A stretch of 32,000 nt of DNA from Crocosphaera subtropica ATCC 51142 (GTDB lineage: Bacteria > Cyanobacteriota > Cyanobacteriia > Cyanobacteriales > Microcystaceae): NCBI RefSeq assembly GCF_000017845.1, contig NC_010547.1, forward strand, positions 330,001 through 362,000, in the 5' to 3' direction. The notes under the pieces are model-generated. The model was not told the origin of the DNA. It made no database searches and saw only the letters and a list, made by a program, of their open reading frames with translations. The stretch's first letter is position 1, and each line of letters opens with the position of its first letter. Position numbers and translations under genes: made by a program. This document shows positions 24,227-32,000 of this stretch, in pieces.

Positions 24227-24638
24227 TAGTCTTTATATGTTAATCATTGACTATTGTGTTAGTATTCCCAAAATATTTCCCAAAAATACCAGATCCTCGT
24301 ATACGTCTAGTAACCAAATGATTTGGTAGTCAGTTTGCTAGATCAGACAAGGGTTTAGATGAATGCAGCGCCCGTTAAGGTGAAGCCTTGATGGGCAGGG
24401 GGTGCAGAGGGTGCCGTTCTCAAAGATCATCTCTAGATTTAAGGTGTTATTGAAAACAGAGATTTTCTATAACAACTTGATTTTTGTAACCATTTTTTCA
24501 ATCTTTATTTATAAAAGGTTTTAGTTATACTTTCTTGACAAGTTTTTTAAAATAAGTTAACATCCAACCGTAATATATGGCTTTTTCAATATTTAAAAAT
24601 TGTCTAAGCTACAAAATTTTGAAATGATAAATAAATAA

Positions 24639-25667
24639 ATGAAACAATACTTGTTACCTTTAGTTTTAGGCACAATTATTGCCAGTATTGGTCATGCCCC
24701 CAGTTCAGCATCACAGTTGGTGTGGACTGATACCGAAGAAGATGCTTTGTATCGCTCTAACTTAGATGGTAGTTCGGTAACAAAAATTCTTGACCTAACT
24801 ACTATAGAAGGAGAATTTCGAGACTATGACCCCTTTGGAATTACAACGGACGGAAATAAGCTTTTTTGGACAGATCGTACATTAGAAGCTATTTTCACTT
24901 CTAATCTTGATGGTACTAATGCCGCTGAACTTATTGACTTTAATGCTGCATTTGGTAATTCTGATTATCGTGCTAGAGAAATTACTACGGACGGTCATCA
25001 GTTATTTTGGGTTGATCATTCACAGGATAGTGTCTATCGTGCGAATTTGGACGGGACAAATGCCATACAATTAATTGATTTAGAGGCTACATTTGGTAAT
25101 ACAGGCTCAACGAGTGGTTATACACCTCTAGGTATTACTAATAACGGTTCTCAAATATTTTGGACTGATGCTATCACGGACTCTATTTATCAAGCAAATT
25201 TAGACGGGACTGGAGCAACGCAATTAATTAGCTTGGATAGTGCTTTAGGTGATGCAATTTATGTTCCAAGGAGTATTACTACTGACGGCAATAGCTTATT
25301 TTGGACAGACAGCTTTTTCTCTAACGAGGATATTTATAGTGCTTCAATCGATGGTACAGGAGTAACAAAAATTACAGAATTAGGGCCTTCTGTAAATCCC
25401 ACAGGTATCACTACTAATGGAAGTAAATTATTCTGGCTGGCTGCGGTGGGACAAACCGTCAACATTGCTAATTTAGATGGGACGGGAATTAGCACAATTG
25501 TTGATTTAGAGGCTGAATTTGGTATGGCTAATTATTCACCACAAGCCATAACTATTATTCCAGATACGAATGTTGTTCCTGAACCTCTAACCATCCTTGG
25601 AGCAGGAACCGCCGTAGCCTTTGGAACAGGATTCAAACGGAAATTGGCGAAAACTAAGAAAAAATAG
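24639..25667 (+). CDS. Secreted six-bladed YWTD-type beta-propeller protein with a PEP-CTERM sorting signal
   Basis: Signal peptide. Six repeats of ...LFWTD....IY.ANLDGT.... C-terminal VPEPLTILGAGTAVAFGTGFKRKLAKTKKK (PEP motif, TM helix, basic tail). Confidence 0.85.
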   Translation: MKQYLLPLVLGTIIASIGHAPSSASQLVWTDTEEDALYRSNLDGSSVTKILDLTTIEGEFRDYDPFGITTDGNKLFWTDRTLEAIFTSNLDGTNAAELIDFNAAFGNSDYRAREITTDGHQLFWVDHSQDSVYRANLDGTNAIQLIDLEATFGNTGSTSGYTPLGITNNGSQIFWTDAITDSIYQANLDGTGATQLISLDSALGDAIYVPRSITTDGNSLFWTDSFFSNEDIYSASIDGTGVTKITELGPSVNPTGITTNGSKLFWLAAVGQTVNIANLDGTGISTIVDLEAEFGMANYSPQAITIIPDTNVVPEPLTILGAGTAVAFGTGFKRKLAKTKKK

Positions 25668-25725
25668 AATTTAACACCAAACCTGTATTTGAAGTCCTCT
25701 GCTAGATGTGGGGGATTTTTTTTAG

Positions 25726-26838
25726 CTAATTAATTCTCTGATAATAAGGTAAAATCTCAACGTATTCCGCTTTAGTACCAAACCGACATAAAGCAGTTAA
25801 TTGAGTCAAGGAAGCCACTTTTTTCTCGGCTAATCTAAACTTACTAGATACTTTCTTAACTTCAGTTTGGTCAACGGGTAATACTATTTTTGTACTAGAG
25901 TTCCCAATAACATCCGGTGAGAGGTGACGTTCTGATTGAGAGGCTAAAACTAACCCTAACCCGTATTTACGACCATCAGCAATGATTCGGTCACAAGCTG
26001 GTGATTTCTTTAATTCCTTAGCTTCATCAATAAACAAGTAAGTTTTAGGTAATTTATCCCCGGCTTCTCCCATTAATCGATGTTGATTCATCAGTTGAAG
26101 GGCTAAAGATTCCGCAGCGATCGCTCCAATTTCTGGGGGTAATTTTGATAAGTCAATTCTAATATGTTTCTCTTTAAAAGCTGGTTGTTCTCGACTGAAA
26201 ACACCATATTGAAATGTAGCAGCTAATTTAAGTAACAGTTTTTGAGATTCTTTACAACCGTCTTCAATTCTATCTTTTATCTCTTGTTCAAGGTTAACAA
26301 AATTAGGAGGTATTTTCATCCAAGTCTTACTATCACTTTGAAATATCCCTTTAGTTTCATAACATTGACTGAGGATTTCTAACATTAATCCTTCTTGGTT
26401 GGGACCGAATCTCAGGGATTTTTTGAGAGTAGCCGTCACAGCGATCGCTTGTAAATTGGGGCCTCCCCCTTCAGGATCTAAGTTAACCGTTAACGGGTTA
26501 ATACCATGAGGACTGGCCATGTGTAAAGGATAGACGGTTTCTCCCGCTATTTGTTGATCACCATGAAAGTCAATAATGAATAATTGAATATTAGGATAAG
26601 TCTGTCTTAATGAGTAGGCGATCGCTTTGAGAGTTTGAGTTTTACCGCTTCCTGATGCACCAATGGCAACAATATGACCATTGGGTAATGAGGTCGGATT
26701 CCAATAACAATCTTTTCGGTCAGTTTCCCCTAAGAAAATACCATCGGTTAACTGTTTATTATCTTCTTGAACTTGGGAATCATCAACGGTTAAAATGGCA
26801 GATGGTAAGGGTTTTTCTTTTGATTTGAAGTTAAACAT
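25726..26838 (-). CDS. HerA/FtsK-superfamily (DUF87-like) P-loop ATPase
   Basis: Walker A IGASGSGKTQT; Walker B TYLFIDEAKEL; GLGLVLASQSERHLSPDVIGNSSTKIVL. Confidence 0.7.
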   Translation of the reverse strand: MFNFKSKEKPLPSAILTVDDSQVQEDNKQLTDGIFLGETDRKDCYWNPTSLPNGHIVAIGASGSGKTQTLKAIAYSLRQTYPNIQLFIIDFHGDQQIAGETVYPLHMASPHGINPLTVNLDPEGGGPNLQAIAVTATLKKSLRFGPNQEGLMLEILSQCYETKGIFQSDSKTWMKIPPNFVNLEQEIKDRIEDGCKESQKLLLKLAATFQYGVFSREQPAFKEKHIRIDLSKLPPEIGAIAAESLALQLMNQHRLMGEAGDKLPKTYLFIDEAKELKKSPACDRIIADGRKYGLGLVLASQSERHLSPDVIGNSSTKIVLPVDQTEVKKVSSKFRLAEKKVASLTQLTALCRFGTKAEYVEILPYYQRIN

Positions 26839-26840
26839 GA

Positions 26841-26868
26841 TTAATAGTTAATAGTTAATAGTTAATAG
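26841..26868. repeat. Heptanucleotide tandem repeat (TTAATAG)x4
   Basis: Four perfect units followed by ttaaaaa. The array begins 2 nt upstream of the ATPase start codon (in the gene sense, CTATTAA x4 then tcATG). Confidence 0.9.
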
Positions 26869-26925
26869 TTAAAAATTGACATTTGGTGGTTAAGAATTGA
26901 TAGTCTTTTCCTCTTCAATTATTCA

Positions 26926-27372
26926 CTATAAACTAATAATGTTTTGAGGACGAAGGATAGTAATGTTAGGAATAGGAATAAAGTCAGTAGGATTAAAAGT
27001 TAATAAATGAGTGATTTTATAAGTTTTCATAACCGCTAGTAATCTGATGTCATGGATACGTTTTCCTTTAATCTCATATTCAGTTACCAGATTTAACCAA
27101 AACAGAAATATATCAGCAGTTTCTGTTAATAAAGGAAATTGAGCTAAAAACTCCTCAATTTCTTTTTGAGTTTTCTTGACTGTCCATCCTAAACCATTAA
27201 CATCAGTTGGGCGTGTTGCTACTACCCAAAATTCCACTAATACCTGGGATGTAATATAACAGTTTCCTCCTTCCTCTATAATCTTATTTACAGCATTTCT
27301 AGCAAGAGAATAACTTGAAGAATTAGGGTCTACTGACCGTAATAAAATGTTAGTATCTAATAAATAGTTCAT
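26926..27372 (-). CDS. vapC: PIN-domain toxin (VapC-like)
   Basis: MNYLLDTNILL (Asp6), VLVEFW, IHDIRLLAV and TFNPTDF are the conserved acidic positions of PIN domains. 2-nt gap to the upstream antitoxin gene. Confidence 0.8.
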   Translation of the reverse strand: MNYLLDTNILLRSVDPNSSSYSLARNAVNKIIEEGGNCYITSQVLVEFWVVATRPTDVNGLGWTVKKTQKEIEEFLAQFPLLTETADIFLFWLNLVTEYEIKGKRIHDIRLLAVMKTYKITHLLTFNPTDFIPIPNITILRPQNIISL

Positions 27373-27374
27373 TA

Positions 27375-27611
27375 TTAATCTTCATACATAGTATCTCGGT
27401 GTAAAGCGGATTCTGGTAACGGAGGATTATTTGATGAGTGACTATCAACAAATTTACGCCATTTTTCGGCTCTTTCTTTTGGTGTAAGATTAGGGTCAGG
27501 AGAAGGAAGCGAGTGCGTTTTTGTTAGAGTTTCTGTAAAGTTTAAAACTTCTTGCTGTTTCTCTATGGGAAGTTTCCTTAAGTTTTCAATTACCGCTTGT
27601 TCAATATTCAT
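27375..27611 (-). CDS. Cognate antitoxin (DUF2281-like)
   Basis: NLRKLPIEKQQEVLNFTETL is the pattern I recall for DUF2281 antitoxins. The ATG at 27611 is preferred over the TTG at 27623. Confidence 0.6.
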   Translation of the reverse strand: MNIEQAVIENLRKLPIEKQQEVLNFTETLTKTHSLPSPDPNLTPKERAEKWRKFVDSHSSNNPPLPESALHRDTMYED

Positions 27612-27657
27612 TGTTGTTTTCAACTCCTTTTAACATAATCTAAATTGTGAAAATCAA

Positions 27658-28143
27658 TTAATTAACCCCAGAAAGGTTTTTCATTTGAGCAAATAATTGA
27701 TGCAATTTGTCAGGATTCATTGCTTGTTGATACTGGTTAGCCATTTCAGGGGTTAAGAGTTCTAACATGACGGTATTTTCAATCCAAAATTCCATCACTT
27801 CAAACAATCCTTCTCGACTACAATGAATGACTCGCCATCCTTCTTTTTGTCCAATTTCTTCAATTTCTTTTTGACTTAATGGCACAGAAATTGCTGCGTG
27901 AGTAGCAGTAAATTGAGAACTAGAATCATTTTGTTTAAACTGTAATTCGTCTTGGTTAGTACCAGGGGTTAATTCTGTTCCTTTGGGATAAACTTCAATC
28001 GCTGTCCCATACTCATCAAAAGCAAAACTCATATAACTTCCAGGATGGGGCGGAAATTCCGTAAATTCTCCTTTAAAGACTTCTGCTAAAACAGACGCAA
28101 CATGCTTGGGATTATCAACCGCAATAGATAAGTGAAATATCAT
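27658..28143 (-). CDS. Glyoxalase/VOC-fold-like protein
   Basis: MIFHLSIAVDNPKHVASVLAEVF...GTAIEVYPKG resembles VOC family N-termini; assignment is tentative. Confidence 0.5.
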   Translation of the reverse strand: MIFHLSIAVDNPKHVASVLAEVFKGEFTEFPPHPGSYMSFAFDEYGTAIEVYPKGTELTPGTNQDELQFKQNDSSSQFTATHAAISVPLSQKEIEEIGQKEGWRVIHCSREGLFEVMEFWIENTVMLELLTPEMANQYQQAMNPDKLHQLFAQMKNLSGVN

Positions 28144-28269
28144 ACTTTTTTAAAAAATAATGATTAGTTTTATTATACTTTTAATTAACCTTAATTATCC
28201 TCACAATTAAACTACCACTAACATAATAATCACCTAATAAGTTAGCCACTTGTTGGGGACTAGCAGAAG

Positions 28270-28806
28270 TCAAACGTGCATAAGCCACTTCCCCTGGTTG
28301 TAAGGTAATGGTGTCAAAGGTTTCAACATGACACTATTAATATTGATGCTGATGACGGCGATCGCTACTAAAATCATCAATAAAAACCATTCTGCATTGC
28401 TACGAGTGGCTAACCGTAACCGAGGATTCCGAGGAATGATTAACCGGCCATGACTGGGATAAAATGCCTCAACACCTGATTTAGTGAAGACATCCCCAAA
28501 CCACCCGAAGAAATAACCTAAAATTAGACCATGCCAAACATGAGGATAACCATAAAGTGCAATAGGGTAACTTACTAAGGTAATGACACCGGTGGCAAAG
28601 AAGCTGTGAGTGATCCCTCTGTGTACCGTATTATTTTCTAACCACCGACTCAAAGGAAAGAACAAACGTCCTATAAATGATTTACTGGTGTCAATATCAG
28701 GAATGAGAGATGCGATCGCAGCCACCCCCAATAATTCTAAGTTAGCGGTTCCCGTCATGAGAGAAGTCATCGCTAGACTAAAGGTAATGTGGGTAGGGGT
28801 CATCAT
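28270..28806 (-). CDS. YdjM/DUF457-type membrane-bound metal-dependent hydrolase, probably frameshifted near its 3' end
   Basis: PTHITFSLA, IPDIDT and HRGITHS motifs. A second frame open from 28333 to 28181 encodes a protein-like tail. Confidence 0.65.
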   Translation of the reverse strand: MMTPTHITFSLAMTSLMTGTANLELLGVAAIASLIPDIDTSKSFIGRLFFPLSRWLENNTVHRGITHSFFATGVITLVSYPIALYGYPHVWHGLILGYFFGWFGDVFTKSGVEAFYPSHGRLIIPRNPRLRLATRSNAEWFLLMILVAIAVISININSVMLKPLTPLPYNQGKWLMHV

Positions 28807-28919
28807 GGTTAATAGTTAGAGGTGTTAACTGGTAACTGTATAATCTTATGATTCCCCAAGATAAAGATATTCTAGACTTCTAAAACTAAAAAAGAGAAAA
28901 AAGCTCTCTCAGAAGTTAG

Positions 28920-30191
28920 TTATAGCACCTGACGATTAAGAAAAGAAATGGGAACACCTTGACGTTGTGCCTGAGTTTTCGTGTAACGAACCCGATCTAC
29001 TCGTCTTCTGTTCCCTTGTCCCTCTTTGGGTTTTTCATAAAGGACAATCACACCACCTTGGTTAGATAACATCAAAGGATTGAGGGGTTGTATTCTCACA
29101 GATTCACCAGGGAGTAACATTAAATCTGATAGAACATTATTGAGAATTAAGGGGTCTCGTTGGCCATCAGATAAAGTCCAGTCGGATAAATCAATGATTT
29201 CAGGGGAAAGATTAATTAATGATACCCATTCCCCTTCTCGTTCATTCCCTGATGGATTAACCATAGCCGCAGCAATGAATACAGGAATTTGGTCATCGAG
29301 GATAGTTTCTCTGGGTTCATTGGCTGAAACAAGGTCTGATGGTTCATCTACCTCAATTTCTTCAGGGAAACGACCAATGTTTAATCGTTCACGGGCTTCT
29401 GCATCTTCATTAAAAAGAAGAGGGTTCTTCTCATAAATAGCATCTTCAAATTCCAACCCAGTCAGGTTTTCAATCTCTGTAATCGTCACTTGATATCGTT
29501 GAAAGTTGAACAAGCGATTTCCCAATTTATCTCTTAACGCGAATTCATCCTGAAGCATCAAAAAAGCTCGCACATCGAGTTCATTGGTTGCTTTGCTAAC
29601 AAAACAAACAACTTTAAAAAAAGCGGAGGGAATTAAAGCAGATTCTCGACCAACAGGAGAAATCGTACGAGGAAACTCTCCATAAATGGGTCCGCTAAAG
29701 ACGGTGATTTTGCCATTACTATCGAGGTCTAGGTTAAATACCCAGTTTTCTAATGCCAGCCATTCATCTTGGTTGAAGTTTTCGTGTTGTAGGGTCGCAT
29801 TAGAGAAGTAGAAAGTTTCATCAGACGCTTTTTGCGCTTCCCTTCTATTTTCTCCCCAAGCAACACTAGCTCGTCGCGCTAAATGTCCTCTATCCCAAGG
29901 ATTACTACGATAATAGTCATTATCTAGCTGAAATTGTGCGCCAATACGGGTATCAATCCGCCAATTGTCATTTCTGTTCGTTCCTTTCAATAAATTCTGA
30001 TTAATGTTAAGAGCCGCTAGAATAGGAGAGCGTTTTTCTTGATTGGTAATAATACTGTAGTTGACGTAATCTGCTAAGATATTGTCTCTTAAGCGAGGGT
30101 TACTAACCACCAATCCGGCTAAAGAGGGAGCAAAACGGGGTAAAGGTAGTATTATTCCTTCCCCAAGGAAGTTGGGATCATAACCAGTCAT
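28920..30191 (-). CDS. DNA/RNA non-specific (NucA/Endonuclease_NS, beta-beta-alpha-Me) nuclease fused to a C-terminal lamin-tail domain
   Basis: NPWDRGHLARR ... FYFSNATLQHENFNQDEWLALENWV (DRGH...N...N motif). C-terminal GEWVSLINLSPEIIDLSDWTLSD...LSNQGGVIVLY (LTD pattern). Confidence 0.8.
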   Translation of the reverse strand: MTGYDPNFLGEGIILPLPRFAPSLAGLVVSNPRLRDNILADYVNYSIITNQEKRSPILAALNINQNLLKGTNRNDNWRIDTRIGAQFQLDNDYYRSNPWDRGHLARRASVAWGENRREAQKASDETFYFSNATLQHENFNQDEWLALENWVFNLDLDSNGKITVFSGPIYGEFPRTISPVGRESALIPSAFFKVVCFVSKATNELDVRAFLMLQDEFALRDKLGNRLFNFQRYQVTITEIENLTGLEFEDAIYEKNPLLFNEDAEARERLNIGRFPEEIEVDEPSDLVSANEPRETILDDQIPVFIAAAMVNPSGNEREGEWVSLINLSPEIIDLSDWTLSDGQRDPLILNNVLSDLMLLPGESVRIQPLNPLMLSNQGGVIVLYEKPKEGQGNRRRVDRVRYTKTQAQRQGVPISFLNRQVL

Positions 30192-30431
30192 CTTGATTAC
30201 CTCTGTTTTAGGATTTTTTGTAACGAAACTTACTAAAATAAATCATAGATTTTTTGATAACAATTAAGATTAATTGTATTATTTCTTATGATCCCTAAAC
30301 CTATATTCAGCCACAAATATATGGTTAATAGGAGGTTAAAAAAGGTTGATAATCTGGACAAAAGAATCTCTAATTGTTGAAGTTCGATAAGCTAATAAAG
30401 TAACAAAAACGGACGGTTTAAGTATTAACTC

Positions 30432-31367
30432 TTACTGTCCTAATCTTCCGCCTTGACGGGGTAAAGAATAAATCATTATTCTTATTATTCCTACTGCAAC
30501 AGTCATAATTCCACCCAGTAAGTAAAGTGACGTATTATTAAACCCGAGGCCAAGAAACCGCATGATCATAAAACACATCAATGCAGCAATAAGAAATGGT
30601 GTCCCATCAATCCACTGAGTATGATCCAAAGCATGGCCATCTAACCCTAAATATTCTTCTCTGACAACACGACGAGCTAACATCGGATTACCGCCGGTTC
30701 TCTGCTGTAATTCTGCCATTTGTCCTGGTTTTAACTCAATACCTAAGTTAACCGCCTCATCTTCCATAATTTCCCTAATGGCATGATTCGGCAACGGTTC
30801 AAGTTCAATCCTGGGAAGTTTGATAAAGATGTCCCGCGCAGGAGGATAAGTGGCCAGTAATAACATCGGTTGCCCTTGTTCATGCAGTTTCTCTAACCAA
30901 CAGCGAATAGACACAGGGAAACGGTGAGCATCATCAAGAATAAGAAAGGCCGTATTATTAGATAACCAGTCTGCGATTGCCTCTTGTAATTGCTGGCTAG
31001 TCATGGCCTTCCCTTCGATAGTTTCCGTGTCAATTCCTAAGTCATCAGCAATGGCCATAAAAGTTTGTTTCGCTGTCCCACTACTGGGGGCTGACACTAA
31101 AAATCCTTGTTCTATTACTTCTTGGGTTATCAGTTGTGCGAGGAAACTTTTACCACTTCCCGGTTCACCGATGACCAATAAAGATGAATTAGCCAGTAGG
31201 GCAGCTGCAATTCTTTTTTTTTCTCTGCTTCTATAGCAGATAATTGAATCAGAATCGGAACCAGTACGAATCGATAGCGATCGCCTTTGACCGTTGGGCA
31301 TGACTTGATACGTATAGATGCGTTCTTCGCCGTTTCTGAGTTTACGACGATGGCGTTCAATGGTCAT
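30432..31367 (-). CDS. AAA/P-loop ATPase (TniB/ExeA-like) with a C-terminal double-TM anchor
   Basis: Walker A GEPGSGKS; Walker B AFLILDDAH. C-terminal GTPFLIAALMCFMIMRFLGLGF and LYLLGGIMTVAVGIIRIMIY. Confidence 0.65.
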   Translation of the reverse strand: MTIERHRRKLRNGEERIYTYQVMPNGQRRSLSIRTGSDSDSIICYRSREKKRIAAALLANSSLLVIGEPGSGKSFLAQLITQEVIEQGFLVSAPSSGTAKQTFMAIADDLGIDTETIEGKAMTSQQLQEAIADWLSNNTAFLILDDAHRFPVSIRCWLEKLHEQGQPMLLLATYPPARDIFIKLPRIELEPLPNHAIREIMEDEAVNLGIELKPGQMAELQQRTGGNPMLARRVVREEYLGLDGHALDHTQWIDGTPFLIAALMCFMIMRFLGLGFNNTSLYLLGGIMTVAVGIIRIMIYSLPRQGGRLGQ

Positions 31368-31382
31368 TTTATTAGTTCCGAT

Positions 31383-31466
31383 TTAGATTAAGACAATGAA
31401 AACTAAACAAATAGCAACTCCTAATAAGGTAGTGGTGGCTTCTTTACATAATCCAAAGAAATTCAT
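31383..31466 (-). CDS. 27-aa hydrophobic micro-ORF immediately upstream of the AAA ATPase
   Basis: MNFFGLCKEATTTLLGVAICLVFIVLI; AGGAGA about 8 nt upstream of the ATG; the stop lies 15 nt before the ATPase start. Confidence 0.35.
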   Translation of the reverse strand: MNFFGLCKEATTTLLGVAICLVFIVLI

Positions 31467-31574
31467 CTTAATATTCTCCTAATTTTCCTTAGTATGCCCT
31501 AATTGAGTGAATAGATTTAAAATTGTGAGTTTTAGGGGATTAAGTTTGAGAGGTCACTAATAGAGTATGATGGG

Positions 31575-31634
31575 CTGTATAGCTGGTTGACCATTTAACT
31601 TGTCAACAAGTTATACAGTAAACAAGTCAACCAG
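31575..31634. promoter_or_regulatory. Cluster of GTCAAC/GTTGAC-centred repeats upstream of parA (candidate operator or centromere-like site)
   Basis: ctggttgac (31583..31591) and gtcaaccag (31626..31634) form a perfect 9-bp inverted repeat. A third gtcaac lies at 31602..31607. ctgtata/tatacag are at 31575..31581 and 31612..31618. Confidence 0.45.
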
Positions 31635-31648
31635 TTAAGTTATCAAAT

Positions 31649-32000
31649 ATGATTATTGCGATCGCTAATCAAAAAGGTGGGGTGGCCAAAACCACATCGA
31701 CTATCTGTTTAGGGGGACTATTAGCACAAACAACATCATGTTTGGTGGTGGACTTAGACCCCCAAGGAAACTTAACGGTGGGTAATGGGGTAAACATTGC
31801 TGATGACCAGTTAAGCGTTTATGAGGTAATCACAGAACAAGTAGAAGTCAAAGAAGTTGTTGTTAAAACAAAATCAGGTTTACATTTACTGCCCTCTGAC
31901 ATCTCTTTAGCTAAAGGAGAAACAGAAATACTCACCAAAGTGGGAAACTTTCTGATTCTTAAAGAACGCCTGGAAGTGGTAAGTCATGAATATGACCAAA
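31649..32000 (+). CDS. parA: ParA/Soj-family partition ATPase (5' part; continues beyond the window)
   Basis: MIIAIANQKGGVAKTTSTICLG (deviant Walker A KGGxxKT) and VVDLDPQGNLT. Confidence 0.85.
   Translation, partial: MIIAIANQKGGVAKTTSTICLGGLLAQTTSCLVVDLDPQGNLTVGNGVNIADDQLSVYEVITEQVEVKEVVVKTKSGLHLLPSDISLAKGETEILTKVGNFLILKERLEVVSHEYDQ

Noticed and set aside
25696-25723. Intrinsic terminator after the PEP-CTERM gene (cctc...gggg followed by T8)
   Set aside because: The stem is only 4 bp, includes a G-U pair, and has a 10-nt loop. It is too weak to call from sequence alone, although the T8 run is suggestive.
26841-26868. CRISPR array
   Set aside because: The 7-nt units are directly abutting with no spacers. 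No other regularly spaced repeats of 25-40 nt and no cas genes were seen anywhere in the window.

Overview
AT-rich cyanobacterial DNA. The palindrome GCGATCGC (HIP1) occurs at least 18 times, against about 0.1 expected by chance. The window is a mosaic of ordinary genes and accessory or mobile material. Ordinary genes include a UbiA-like prenyltransferase, a phosphodiester glycosidase, a DsbA-like protein, an SDR, a GNAT, a secreted thermonuclease and a PEP-CTERM beta-propeller. Mobile elements: two identical 1.2-kb IS5/Harbinger-type (DDE_Tnp_4) copies at 7065..8265 and 16246..17446, each flanked by TA and each splitting a gene, and one ISAs1-family element at 19507..20868 with 22-bp perfect terminal repeats. 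Four things stand out. (1) A 52-nt GC-rich hairpin sits inside the IS transposase, exactly within a conserved motif, is flanked by GGT repeats, and is present in both copies. (2) A tightly packed eight-gene minus-strand operon (3118..6938) is led by a SpoT/Mesh1-type HD hydrolase and a DUF262/ParB-like protein, and the rest of it is ORFans. (3) A tRNA-like gene (12997..13186) has perfect acceptor, D and T arms but about 120 extra nt where the anticodon loop should be. (4) The right third looks plasmid-like: RHH, VapBC, a HerA-like ATPase, a NucA-LTD nuclease, an AAA ATPase and parA with repeats. No CRISPR array, rRNA or recognisable complete defence system was seen. All family assignments come from motif recognition by eye and need database confirmation.
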